The position numbers and the translations under genes are program-made. Below the pieces are notes generated by a model, which made no database searches, was not told where the DNA came from, and was given only the letters and a program-made list of their open reading frames with translations. Positions 1 to 13,889 of a stretch of DNA of 64,000 nt are shown in pieces. Location: NCBI GenBank assembly GCA_051362555.1, contig CM120640.1, forward strand, positions 37,219,967 through 37,283,966. The letters are read 5' to 3'. This stretch comes from Lingula anatina (taxonomy: Eukaryota; Animalia; Brachiopoda). The number at the start of each line of letters is the position of its first letter. The stretch's first letter is position 1.

Positions 1-3000
1 AAAAATGGGTAGTTTATGCAGTATTGGCAATCTTTTGCCTTTAAATCAAATTTTCATTGAATTTTGTTTAAATGTTATATTGATTGAGAAAGTATGACAC
101 TATGTTAGCAATAGACTACAAAAAGCTTCAGTGTCAGTATAAGGTCCCTAGCAGTAATCCAATAACACAGGCTAAAAGCATACAATACTCTATAGTTGAA
201 TACTGGCTGATAAGTGGTTGTAGACAAATTCAAAGCAATTGCAGTAATGGAATATTTTTCCGTTAATTTGGAAGTGAGGAGAAAGCAGAATGCTATAGTG
301 ACCACTTCCTAATCGGATTTTAAATTGAGAGATAAAAGAGGTAACTCAGGCCTTTCTCTTTTGTCAATTTTTTCACATTCTCTGATGCTGCTGTCTGCAT
401 GGAATGGTGGGAAAAGGTGGTCAGACATTCACAGTGGCCTTTCTATAACCCAATTAGCACTGTTAGCATTAACAGTAAATGCACGCTTAGAACTGTTTCA
501 ACTTTTGTCCTCAAGTGCTCTTCCTGCATAGAAATTTCTTGCCTATTAATTCACTATAATAATAATATGGATATAGCATTGATTATAATGTTTTTTTCAC
601 ATCTGGCAAATTTACCTTTATGCATCATGCCAAAATAGGTATATCAGGTAATTAATAAGAAAATAAAATTTGTGTTTTTACAATAAAGTTTTTATTTTAA
701 AACATTTAAATGATACATTATATATGAGTTTATAGATAACTATAAAAATGTTGTAAAAATGAGGAAATGGCATGGATGATTTTAATGTTATACTCAACAA
801 ATACACAGTTGTGTAAAAAGCCAATTCCACACCTAAAAATGTCATCAAAATTAATACTCTTTTGAGTCATTACACGTATGTCTCTCAAATTCGTGTACTG
901 AACTTCAAATAATTATTTTGGAGTCCCTTTTGGAAATTTATTGTTTTTTGTTTTTGTTATTGTTTTTGGAAACTTATTGTCAGCAGCACACTGTGGCAGT
1001 CATCTGAAATGGACCCAATGCATTAGGACACATGATGTCTGCATCCCCATATGTGGTGTTATTATCACCTACTCTCTCTAGAAAACTCATGAAAATGCAC
1101 AACTTTTCTAAGTGCTGAACAATATTTTGAAAATTGATGCTATATGAGAGAAATGCCTTCTAGTGCTTCTTTTACAGTTACTCATTCTTAGTCTTAGTCT
1201 TAATTATAGACATCAGTAAATACAATGAAACTATAATTTTACTCTGGAAAAAAATGCTTACTTAAGATACAGTAACACATTAGTCTTAGCTATAGGCACC
1301 AGTATATGGCCTTAGAATGGTATTGTCCATTCTGGAACTATTTATGCAGTCTTATTTTTTCATTTATGTTCCAAATGACAAAAATAAGAAAATGATATAT
1401 TTCATTCAGTAATATGGTCAATTTTTTTGTTTGCCTTCATGTGAAAGAGCATTTTTAAGTTGACCCAAATCTTCAAAGCTATTGTTCACACACGCACACA
1501 GACACATGATACTGCAAAACTGAATCTTTTTATTTCTAAAGGTATGAGTCATAAAGGTAATTACAGTGTCCCTTCATATACATCTCCCTGTTAAAAAATG
1601 GAAAAACATTTTAGTGTGGCTGGTGTGAAAAAAATACAAAGAAAATGTATCACAGGAAAGTGAATGATAAATGATATGAAAATGAAATTAATTAAAACAT
1701 TTACCCTTCCTGCAATGTACAACTTAGACTTTGCATATCTGTACACAAACATCCAGAGTTAAAATGCATTTTTTAAGCAAAATCCTTTCCTTACCTTTCA
1801 ATCAATGATAATAATCCATGCTTCAGCAGATAAAATGCCTTAAAATATCCTAGATTTTGAGTTTTCCTGCACGTATTTGTGCATGTAATGCCCTGCCTCA
1901 CTGCAACACTAAACTGAATACATTATCACATTATCAGCAGCATGTCTCCCTGGTGCTTTACATTTTCAACCTGCACATGCTTGCACATTGCAATTGCTTA
2001 GACTAATCAGAGAATTGAGCTCAACAGACATTTGCAACACTAGGAAAGTTAAGATACCCCCCCCCCCCCCCCCCCGAACAATGCTGCATATTGGTGTATT
2101 CTGAAATAAATAAAATCTGCTTCTGTGCAACTTTTTTTTTAAACTGTGCTGGGTTGGATCTACCACCTGCCAGGGGTCTCTGTAGTTTTTTTTTTTTTTT
2201 TTTTTTTTTTTTCAAAATAAAGTAAAAGACCCCTGTGAGATTTGAGCCCCCCTTCCCCCCTGGTGCTGCTGTTGATGCAAAATAGTAGAATATGTATTTT
2301 AGTCTACATAGGGGTCTAGTTCCTTTTATAGTGTAAAATCCACAAGAAAAGAAATGAAATGTGCAATATCTCATAATTTGTTTCAGCTGCTGAGCTCCTT
2401 GGCATAACTACTAAGCTGTTGCAAAGGCAACACCATGAATATAAAAAAAGAAAGAAAAGAAAAAACCTCATTAACTTTTTTATCACAGAAAGGCTGCTAG
2501 TCACTACACAATGAAAATAAGAGATAGAATCAAGTCATTAGGCAAGCAAAAAAAGGTCCATCAGACACTATTCAGAATAAAATGAGATACTTATGAAGAC
2601 TAAACAGGAATCAAGGAAAATTCCCAAGGGAATACTTTGTGTTAAGTGGCAGGAAAGTGAATATCACCTCATTTGTTCTGCATTGGATACATTGTAATGA
2701 ACATCTTTCTGGGATGTTAGTCTTGCAAGGTTTTTGCATTAGTTTATCATGGTGTGTTCTCTTGTGAGAATTATTATTGCTTGTGTTTTAGTTTCTGTTA
2801 TGTGGCCTATACTTCTGTTATATTTGCAAGTCCACACAGACTCGTCGAATCATTAGAAAAGATGTTCTGGATAACAATGAGCAGTACAAAAAGAACAAAA
2901 GATTGTGATTCTATACAATATGTCTTACATGATTAAGCAATTCTGTTATTATTGGCATTAGCCTAGGGTAAATTTTTTTTAATCAAAATAAGGCACCTTT

Positions 3001-3534
3001 AAAACATCCAAATACTTCATTAGCAGTGAACTCTGTGTTAAAATTTGAAGTCACACATGGAAGCATTAATGAATTTCAGAAAAGAACAGTAAGATTTTTA
3101 AATGGTCTAGAGAATACATTGCAATATAGATTTTTGATTTTTCTTTTCAAGTGATGCTGACATTGGTGGGCATAAAGGAAAAAGCATCGGAAGTGTAACA
3201 GTTTACTATAATCAAAATCTATTTCATCGACTTTTTCCCTGCAATAATTTGTCCCCTGTGCCTTTATCTGACAAAAACAGAAATCAGGTTTTTAGTGCAA
3301 ATGCTTCTTCATTACAAATAAATATATATAATACGATCTATAGGAAGACACTTCATAGTTTCTAGATGTATGATTTGTTAATGGCAATTATTTTGTCATA
3401 GAATGATGCCTAGGGATATGAGGCGTGCTGATGCCTATACTGGATTGTGCAGATAAATAACGTCATCTTGGCTACAAAGGATGATGCTGAACACTTCAAG
3501 TTCTCATTAATCACATCTCTCGAGACCTATATAT

Positions 3535-6500
3535 TCAGATCCGAGGTGGTCCGTATATCCCAGAATGAGAGCCATACAACTGATTCCTCACTAATTCCAC
3601 ATCACTTTGATACTCCGAGCTTGGCCCAGTGTCCGATGGGGATGATGTCGTCACAATGATATCGGGGATGCGTGAATTATCGTAAAGATTCCCACTGCTG
3701 TAATGATATGGCCTTTTCCCGGTGTTTTTATAGTGTGATAAAGGAGGGTTCCAGTCAGTGTGATCTGGGTTTCTATATCTTTTCTTCACAACTTTAGCAT
3801 ACAGGCTGTCTATATCACTCCGCGTGCCTGCTTCGGATGGTGAATTATTGGCATAGATGGATGTAGCATTGTCACTGTCATACACCCTGCGACTTGATGC
3901 TGGAGTCAAGGTGGATGGGGTCAAGGTTATGTCCTCATAACTATAATTTTTCCAGTTACCTCGTGGGTTGTTTGCAGGGAAGTGTTTTTCATAGTTGACA
4001 GCTGCTGCAGGACTGTCGTACATTTTGATGTAGTCTTGATTCCTGGGTAATGGCTGCAATACGATGTCATCATAGGTCGTTGGCTTGTCATCCTCCAGGT
4101 TAGAAAATACAATGTCATCATTAGAAAATGCTGCATTGACCTTCCCCTCCAGTTTACGTCTGTGCTCCTCCATTTCCTTCTTGGTGATATTTCTCCTGTA
4201 AATGGTCATTAAATAATATATATTAATGGGTTAAAAAGAAAGTGAGAAGTGAAATTTATAAAGCATACTTTGATGAATTCAGACAAATAAATCAACTGAA
4301 AGTCATAGTCAGTTTGCCTGTTGTCTTTATCATATAAATAGTGCTGGTTTCACAAATTGTCATAATTTTCTTTCTTTTTTTACTTATATATAATTAGATT
4401 TTTCTGATTTTAATGTCTCTGAAATTGGAGAAACTAGGCCAGCATTAAAATATTTTCAGTTTTACTTTATTGTTCCATACCTTTTACGGACAGCAAAGCT
4501 TATCCCCACTATGACTGCAACAATCACCAGTAGAGCCACAGCACTGCCAATACCTATCCCTAGAAAGGCATTGAAGTATTTAATTTAATTCATTCTCTGT
4601 GCGTACTTTAGTCAGTAAGGGTTCCTATCTCTTTCAAAAAAAATTATTTGATTATTAAAACATATAATTTTTTTGAAATTACAAACAAAAAGCCATTGCA
4701 TACTGAATGATATACATTAGAAGTCAATTAAAAGAAAGTATATTGTGTGGATTTGTCTGCATGAAAATAGGACTAGTTTTGAATTAGCAGAGACACATTC
4801 ATTGTGAGTAAAAGCTGATTAATATGTGTGTGTGTGTGTGTGTGTGTGAAGTCATTTGCTGTTTTGTTAAACATACAACAAATATTTTTTTCACAGCATG
4901 CTTAATGTTCCATCCAAAAGGAAAATAAATCACGTTTAACCATCTTCCTATGGTTTCTTGACACTTACATAACCCTGTGTGATTTTCGTCACCACTTCTA
5001 GTCTTTTCACCATCTTGAAAATTTGATGGAGCTTCATCGCCTTTTGTTCTCACTGTAGTCTTATCCTCAGCAACATCGATCCCCCCAGCAGTATCCAGAG
5101 AGGTGGGGCTGAGTGGAGGACGTTCTGTTGGTGCCACGGTGCTGGTGGTCACCACTGGTGTGGTGGGCACCACCATTCTAGTGGTGCTGGTGGAAATGGG
5201 TGCATTGCTCCAACAATTTACTGACAATGGCCTGAGGTTGTTATAAGCTGGAATATGATGGTGAATATGATTTTTATCATTTGCAAGTTGGTTGCGTGGA
5301 TACTCCATGTGTATACAATGAATAGGGTAATTATGGGCATAACGTTTTTTGTAGCTCATTACCATAATAGTCAAGCATGGTCAGATTATCAAACATATCA
5401 GATAAAATAGCCACTTGTATATAAGAATGAAAGGTGCTGATGCATTGTTTTCAGAAATGCTTTGTTTTTAAAATTATACTTATTGTAATAGGTTTTTAAG
5501 CAAGATTATGCATGACTATGTTGCAATTTATAAATAAATAAAAATGTCCTGTGTGCAGAAATTGGAAAAAAAAGAAAACTCATATATTTAATTTTTTACG
5601 TACCTCTATACTGGATCCATAACCAGGAGTCAAAATCTGATGACTTGTCCTGAAACTCTAAGTAAATCTGTACAGGTCCAGTCTCAAATTTTGTCCATTG
5701 TTCATCATTATTTTCACATGTGAAGTTTTGGCTAAAGCCATTAGAACTTTTGATATTAAGATTCTGTCCACAGCGACTGGCTATGCTTTTTTCAAAGGAA
5801 ATGTCAGAGATTTGCAGCATCAAGATTCCATTGGTTGGCAGGTTGATGTTACAGTTACAAATTTGTGGCCCAGTGGAAGGTGAAGACTGGCTAGACTGCC
5901 TTATTATGTGGCCCTCTGATTCATTGTTGGCAGTAAAGATGCTGCACATAGATTTCATTTCACTGTCTGGAATAAGAGAATGTTATTTTTCAATACATTC
6001 GATATATATTCATTAACTATCATAGTAGTTCTTTGACTTGAACAATCATAATAAAATAATTACAAAAACACCAGTTTCAAATTGATGGAAAATTTCTGCT
6101 TTTCAATCACCAACAAGGTGGTCTATATAATCTAGTATAGTCTCCTAAATCATTAACTGCACAGGAAACCATCTCAGATACATTGAAACCTGTTAGAAAA
6201 CGTGGGAAAAATGGTAAAACATTACAGGAGATCATGAAATTTTGTTCATTGAGCATTTCTGCTGCAAAATACCATGGTACCTATGTGGAATAACAATCCA
6301 TCTAGAAAGTACATAAAAGTACACTAAAATTCATTGACCTCTGTATGTACTGTGCATATAACAAGATTTGCAGTATGGTAGTGGATGTAGTACGAGTGTG
6401 AAAAGTACAGAACCTGAGGTTCTGTCATTGCCAGTGGTACCTTCATTAATATTTTTCAGATTGCTTGAAACATGGGCTCTTGTATGGTACATTTGCGACT

Positions 6501-9123
6501 AATTACAGTACCATTATCCACCAGTCTTAATACAATCTATTGGCACTGTTTCAACTTGATACATGCACAATAACCACTAGTTTACCTTGGCTGAATGATA
6601 TATATATAGCAGTGTGAGGTAATTGAGCTTAAAATGTCTTTTAGAAAAAAAAATACGTAGCAAGCTAGTTTTTTTCCTGGTTGAAAAGCAATTATGGTAA
6701 ACAAAGTAATCACCATAGATTGAGTTTGTCCATGGTACATGTGTAACACAGATGATACAATTCCCTAAAGGACTTGGGGTTGAGGGGGAGCCAGGTTGCC
6801 TTTCGTGGCATTCAGTCTTATAAGTTTATTAATTCACCATAATTCAACTTACAAGGTATGCACTCATAGTCCACTGACACAAAGTCGCTGAAGTCAGCAG
6901 AGCAAGCGCTTGCTCCTGGATACTGTATCTGATCAATAACATAGGGACTGTTGCACTGACTTCGCTTGCGGCAGGCCTGGAGTAGCTGGGAGTACAACGA
7001 GGGTTGTACTTCTTGCATTGGGCTCATACAGGCCTCTTCTGAACCTGGAGGACAGCATCTCTGTAGGGAATTGTCGCAGGGGTCACTTGCACCATAACTG
7101 ACATCTTTCACATTTACCAGTTCCCTGTGTTCACAATTCATGGATGCTTGGAAGCCATAACAAGTGTAGCCTCGCTTCCTTGTCACTGCTGAAATGTGAA
7201 AATACATAGATTTGAACACAATGTTTAGTTTTTTTTTTTAATTAATATTTTCATGATGTGACATGCAATTTGATATAGAATACCATTTGGTGAAAAAGAT
7301 CCCCCTTATGACGTGTTGTGAAAAATATTATTTAGGATGATGTGTTTATAAAGATCATAATAAATTGCTGTGGTTTTAGTTATCTTCAAATAGGCTTACC
7401 TGAACAATATTATAATTTTTTCATTTTATCTTTTTATGCATTAATTAAAAATGCTTTTTTTACTAATACAGAAGTGGGTGGAATTCTAATTTCAAGAAGT
7501 ATAAGCATCTTGCCTGAAATTTTTTTAAATGTTCATAGGACAGTGGACATGCTTGATGTCTGTGATTTTGGTGCTGATGGAATATTAGCATTATATGCAG
7601 AAAAACTTTGTCAGAAATTTAATATTGCATTAATTTTTCTCAGGATATCTTCATGACCATCCCAGAGAGGGAAGAAACCAATGTATGCGAGAAATAGTAT
7701 TGGTCCCTTGAATGCTGAGGTTATTTTTTTCTGAAAGAAGACATTGATGAAATAGCAATTACAGAGTTGCCAATAAATTTGCCATCTGCTTGACTGATTA
7801 CAGCGGACATGCAGTGTCTTGATCTCCACTCAGTCAGGCAAAGCACCTCTTTGCAAATGAACTACGAACCATGATGTTAATCAAACTGGTTTTGATCTGG
7901 TTTATCTTTTTCATTGTGAGTGCACCTTTGAATATTCTCATGATTTCTTTGTAGATAGGAACATTAACTTTATGATTGTTGATTGCAGAAATTCATTTTT
8001 TCCAATGCGTTTTTGCCATTCATGACAGCTGACATGCCTTGCTGTCCAAAGTGTACCAGTCGGTGCCAGTATTTTCCCTTATTTATTTAAAATGCCAAGG
8101 AGATTAACACAATTATTATGATAACGAATATATCTTTTAGGGTCAAAGGAACTAAGTGACATGCCACTAATTTGAAACATTCTCTCAGTAATACTTTTTC
8201 CGTCTTACTGGGGCCAGCAAGACATGACAATTCATTGGTGACAAGTTGCTGATCACCATCTTAACCACCTCATGCCATCAGATAGCATTATATGAGCTAG
8301 GGACACACAACATTCAGGTTTGTTCCTGTTTGCAGCAGGTCTATTTCATAAGCAATTAAGTGCCGTCCCTCTCATAAGACACAGAACAAACTCAGTGTTC
8401 ATTTAACCAGATGAGTAAGGATAATTAAAAGATGGCATGTGCCTGAATTAATTAGTGGTACCCAATGGATAAGGTTAAATTTTGATGTCCAGAATGGAAA
8501 ACAATAACAGAAAGAGTATTGTCTAACATCAGTTATTACAGAATATTAGTTAAAGAATATTCTATGACAGAATCCTTCTTGTTGATCTTTGCCAAAATGT
8601 TCACTAAAAATGTGGCCTGCTGCCCCTCCCATTAAATTGGCACCTTTGCAGGTGTTGGAGAATTGCGCTATTGGCGACAGGGTTTACTTATGGGTCTTAA
8701 ACAGCCAGTGAGTCATGAAGAAATGTGATGATTGGTTTTCTAACAACCACCTTGTGAAACAAGGAAATGAGAAGATGGATTGAATGCACGATAGAAGTTG
8801 ATATGATTCAGCATCAACGATAAGATGGTATGCCTTGCAGAACTGTGAGAAAATGGTTACTATGAATGTAGAAGTTTGTTTATAACCCCTTATATTGCTT
8901 TGAATTGTGTAGAAGTTAAATTTGCAGTGATCTCTAATTGAAAACATTATATCAGATACAAAAATATACAAGTGCATGTACTTGTGGAAATTTTGTGGTT
9001 TGTGAACTTCTCATCTTAAATAGTTCCATAAATAAGGTGGTGCTGTACTAGTTATAATGATACCTTTTTAAAAAAAATTCAACAGAGGTACATGTACATG
9101 AACCCAACTGCTGATGGTAGTAG

Positions 9124-9164
<41 letters not shown>

Positions 9165-9822
9165 GTTGTTTTGAAAATGGCTTTTAAGAATTTTACCATT
9201 AAGTTTTACCAAAAAATTCAAGGATCATGCAAACTTGGGCCTCTGTTTCACAAACCGTTCAGGATAATAAGCTAAAATCAGTTGTACTTAGTAACTTCAT
9301 GCAGGACTGCTATAAATTCTAAGCAAGTGAATATGGATTTTAGAAAGAATCTTAGGACCATGTTATTTTCCTAAGCTAATGGATTGAAAGTTTCTTGGCT
9401 TGTGTTTGATAATTTTCATATATGATCTTATTTTCTATTTTAAAACTAAGCTCTTACATGTACTGTAGCTCAAATTCACATACCAGTTCCTGTAGTTTGG
9501 TCATTGGTTCTTACTCTCTCTGGTGACAATAATTAAAACTACTGACGTACTAGTAAGTAGTTTGCCAGCTGCATTTATTGTGAGATGATCACCCTTCAAA
9601 GTATGTCGCAAAGTTGACTGAAAGTAATTGACTATCTGTGTACAGCAATTAAAGCCAAGCCCAAAAACTGAAGACATTTTGGAAAAGAAGTCCATTTGCT
9701 TAAGCGTATTATGTCACTACAAATATTTGCTGCTACAGTATTCTTTTTGATAGTTATTGTTTCTCCTTACCTTGTGTACAGGGGTGCAGAATTGCCAGCA
9801 GGAACAACAGCAGTATGCCCAT
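3535..9822 (-). CDS. Receptor paralog A: type-I membrane protein (signal peptide, SUEL/Gal-lectin-like domain, CUB-like domain, S/T/P stalk, TM, Tyr-rich tail), 589 aa, complete
   Basis: Exons (minus): 9822-9771 (MGILLLFLLAILHPCTQ), 7188-6853 (10-Cys lectin-like), 5966-5604 (CUB-like), 5247-4969 (stalk), 4559-4481 (TM WIGIGSAVALLVIVAVIVGISFAV-RKR), 4195-3535 (tail, TGA). All introns GT-AG, phases 1,1,1,1,2; total 1770 nt in frame with no internal stop. Confidence 0.88.
9126..9161. repeat. (CT)n microsatellite
   Basis: Direct reading. Confidence 0.95.
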
Positions 9823-11864
9823 AATCTTGTAGTCCAAATCTATGGCTCAGCAACTTTTTGCCCTTGTTGTTTGAGATGGGAACATGGCACTGTCAGTAAG
9901 TCGTTGGTGGGAAGAAAGATCACATGCAACTTCTGTAAATACTGGAGTATCTTCGTGCCATCATCAATGGTGGGTGTATCTATGTGTTTTCCTGCAGACT
10001 TAAGTATAGCATTGTAGTCTGTGTAATAGGTAAATGGTCTCAAGATAAATCACTGACGGATGACAAGGACCCATTACTGGGTGCTAGGTGAAACAGTGAC
10101 TGGGTGACCTCTTCTGATTACCATATTGGGAGTTGCATGTGAGGAGTCCAAACATATGGCACCAGGCAGGCAGACAGGCATGGTGACACACACAAAAATG
10201 AAAGGACTCATCTGATATGAATTGCAGGAAAATCTATTAAATCTGACTTAAAAATGAGAAAAAAAATAAATTTTTAAAATTGTTCTGATCAAAAGTAATT
10301 TGCCTTGAAAAATTAAAAACTTTTTTGGTATGCTGTCAGATGTACAGTACTACTACATGTATGGTGTCAAAAAGGGATGGCAGATTTCCTTTTTTTCTTA
10401 AGTGGAGGTGGTAATCGCCATTCTTATGCCTACCCCAAGGAAAATTTAGTTGTAGAGAGTATAAAAATATGTGCATCTGTGGGCCTACTAGTAGGCATGT
10501 CTTTTTCTCATCTTTTGAAAAGTGATGGGGCTGGATCCAACTTTTAATAAATATTATGCAATCCTAATTTATTTATACATTTCCTAGTCTTTTCTGTATA
10601 CCTTTCTTAAAACACTAATTACAAATCTACTGCCCCTAAACAGGCTTCATAAAGGTTTAAGTAATACATAAATAAAACATATGAGAGCAGGACAGTGTAG
10701 GATGGATGATTTCCTTCTTAAGGCAAGGGGTTGCCATCTCCTTGTGCATTTATGCATATTGTTTTTTTTTTTTTTTCAGTATTTGTTTGTAATGTTTCTA
10801 GGTATATCATTCTTTTGTTCATATTATGTTTGATGGGAGATCTGCACATTTTGGGTACTTATGATAACACCTTAAAGAGTGAGTGTAAATGGGCCTCCTT
10901 GTCCACACTCTCCCCCTCCCTGGGTTACCCTCATGCTTTCTTTTACTTAAATACATAGCATGTGTTTTGTCCTTTATATTTAAAGTGGGACCATTATGAT
11001 GTTATCACAGCCCATTGGTCATTTAGACGAAGTGCTCACCTTTGTCTGAACAAAGAATAAAGAGAATGGAGGATAGAGATTCCTCAGATAAGAATCTCCC
11101 TGGTGTTAGAATAATATTATTGAGAAAATAGGTGTGACTAAGTTCGAGATTTTTGGTAGATATCTTACCAGGAATGTATTTTTTATTTTATTTTCTGTTT
11201 TTTTATTCCACTCTGTATCTCAGCAGTACTCTAGTTTGGATCAAACTGATGTGCCTTTTTTTGTGTGTGTGCCCCATAGCTCCTGTTTTTTAAGTAGTTT
11301 GGTAAAAATGTTAAGAAAATAGGTGTGATTAAGTTTTAGTTTTATGTGAGATATCTTGCCTGGAATGTTTCTGTTTTTATTAATTCTACTTTTTAAATGT
11401 AGCTGGATAGTATTCTGGATTTGGTTCAAAGTCATGTGGCTTATTTTTGTGTTCCAAAACTATGTGATTACTTTAAAAATGCAGTTGAATAGACTCGAGA
11501 ATTCTTTTAAACTTTCAAGAACCCAACTACAAGGTGATGCACAGGCAACCATAAAAATAATGAATCGAATTAGAATAAATGTTGTCTAGGAATACAAAAA
11601 ATTCAGTTTGCAGAAATCATTTAAACTTATGTGAAGAAACCAAACCAAAGTGCAGCATACTTAGGAAAAAACAGTCTGAAAGAAAGCACAGTTGTAATAG
11701 AGGACAACCACAAGGGGCTCAAGATTTCTAATGTTACCAGGTAAATTTCCGAGTCTGCCAGGAATGTCATTATTCTTGTAAATTTTATAATAATAAATAC
11801 ATTATCATCAACATACAATGTCAGCAGCATTACTCTGGGTCAGTGATCAGAATGATTACCAAGT

Positions 11865-12445
11865 ACTTCTCTTTTTAGCTCCATTTGTCTATCTATCTGT
11901 CTATCTGTTATTAGCAACATTATGCTAAAAAGATGTTGATGGATATTGTTAAAATTTTCAGAAACTGTTGAGGGGAGGGAGGGTGAGGACCAAGTAAGAA
12001 ATGGTTAGATTTCAGTGGTAATGCATTAATTAATTTATGGTTTATTAATGATTTGTCTGTCAGTCTGTCTGTTAGCGACATTATGCAAAAAGTTTTTTTC
12101 ACATTTTCAGAAACTGTTAGGAAGGGACCAAATAACAAACAGTTAGATTTTATTGGTGATTAATTAAATTATTAGTTAATCAAAGTCTTAACAACATTAT
12201 GCAAAAATTTTATTGATGAATTTTTATGAAATTTTCAGGATGGCCACATGCGGGCTAGATTTTGGTGGTGAACTGTTAATTATTTATTTTAATAAACTTT
12301 TAATCCATTAAAATTAATTGATGGATTATATATATAATTTTAAGATTATGATATTTAAATGGTTAATCATTTAGTTTATTGATAAATAATTAGAAATGAT
12401 GAAATTGAGCTGACTTGTCAGAGGTCTGAGCGCTTTAGTAGTTTT
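11865..12445 (-). mobile_element. Reverse-orientation copy of HINE-like family 2 with about 3 tandem core units
   Basis: TCTG/TCTA microsatellite, then three GTTAGCAACATTATGC..AAATTTTCAG..TAGATTT..GGTG units (about 11900, 12060, 12190); ends CTTGTCAGAGGTCTG, the approximate reverse complement of CAGACCTCTGCCAAG at about 43135. Confidence 0.55.
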
Positions 12446-13889
12446 ATTTTTTTAATTTGGGTCATTGGTCTTTCTTTTTATTGGAATCAGATAGCATGAA
12501 ATTTGTGAAATGCTTAAAGCATACGTTTTCCATTTCTTCAGTTTGCTGTAAGTAATTTCTGACTAAGAAGGGAATGAAGTAAAGTAAAAATGACACACCA
12601 GTTTTATTTTAAATCTTTAATATGCCTTGCTCGATAATTGAACAATTATTTTCGTTGAAATAATCATTTGTAATTTTTGTTAAAATGTAATTGATAAATT
12701 AATGGCAATTAATGGGCTATCATAAAATGAAGAATTGGTGCAGGTTTTATAAGAAAGAATTAAATTAGATCTTGCAAGAAAAACAAAAGATGCATCAATG
12801 GCAAGGAATTTTTAAAAATGTGTCAAGAAAAAATGCATGGGATGTGTTTTAAAAAATGTTTAAATTATTAAGCTGGAAAGTAAGATCTGGTTTAAAAAGA
12901 TATGAACATTTGGAACTACCCATAATTGAATAGGAAAAATGAACAAAACTGTTTGATTCTAAATTTAATAACAATATTCCTGGTTAGTATACATTTATAT
13001 GAACAGATAATATTAGTGATATTGGCACAAAATGAAGCTTACTATATTGATAACAAGAATGACTATGGCATCTATGACTATTTCACATATTTACAATCAT
13101 ACAAAACAATCAACTTGTCATAAGAAACTGGGAATAAATGGTTACAAATGACATTTATGTTAGCCATCCCACTGATGGCATTGTAAGCACAGTGCAGCAA
13201 CTTGTAGTTACATTAGGAATGGTGCTAGGTGTCAAAGGAACAGTATTTTTATGAATAAAATTAGGCTTGAATGCAATTTTCAAAAACTTAAGTTATTTAA
13301 ATTATAATATTTAAAAGGAAAATTTCAATACATATCCAGACTTTTTATACAAGCACAAATACATGTGCAGGTAAATAAGTTTAGGTGAACTGTTTGTGCT
13401 GTACTACTGTGTCTTAGTATGTAAGTCACAATTGGGGCAGACACCTGAATGGCACTTTTGCATGCTTCCTGTTGATTTTTTTTTCTTTTTGAAAGTTAAC
13501 ATTCCCTTTGTGTTCACAACGATGGGCTGATAGTTGATGTCTGCACACAACTGTTTGTTTTAACAATGAACCCTTTAACAATGCGACATGCTAGTTTTAT
13601 AGAAGTACCATTAATTCTGGTGTGCTTCTCAGTATGTTTTTTCTCTCACTCTCACTTTTTGGCAAATAGCCTTACGGGTGAACATTGTCATATGAAACTT
13701 GGTACCACATTGTATTGAATTATTTAAGATGATATTATATTTATCCCTCAGGTAGATGTCACATGAAAATCAGTGGTGAAAAAAATCCCATCAGTAATTC
13801 ACACTGTATGCTCTTTTTTGAGAATAGTGTGAGGGAAATTAAATATTTTATATGTCTTTAACATTTTTATTAACCTAAAGATGGAAAGT

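Noticed and set aside
7708-7730. LNAEV resembling ASCC3 HLNAEI as a candidate upstream exon
   Set aside because: The flanking residues do not match ASCC3 and the frame stops within a few codons; chance match.
9847-9849. In-frame TGA after Cys as possible selenocysteine
   Set aside because: It lies upstream of a signal peptide with no redox-motif context, and no SECIS was identified; treated as a uORF stop.
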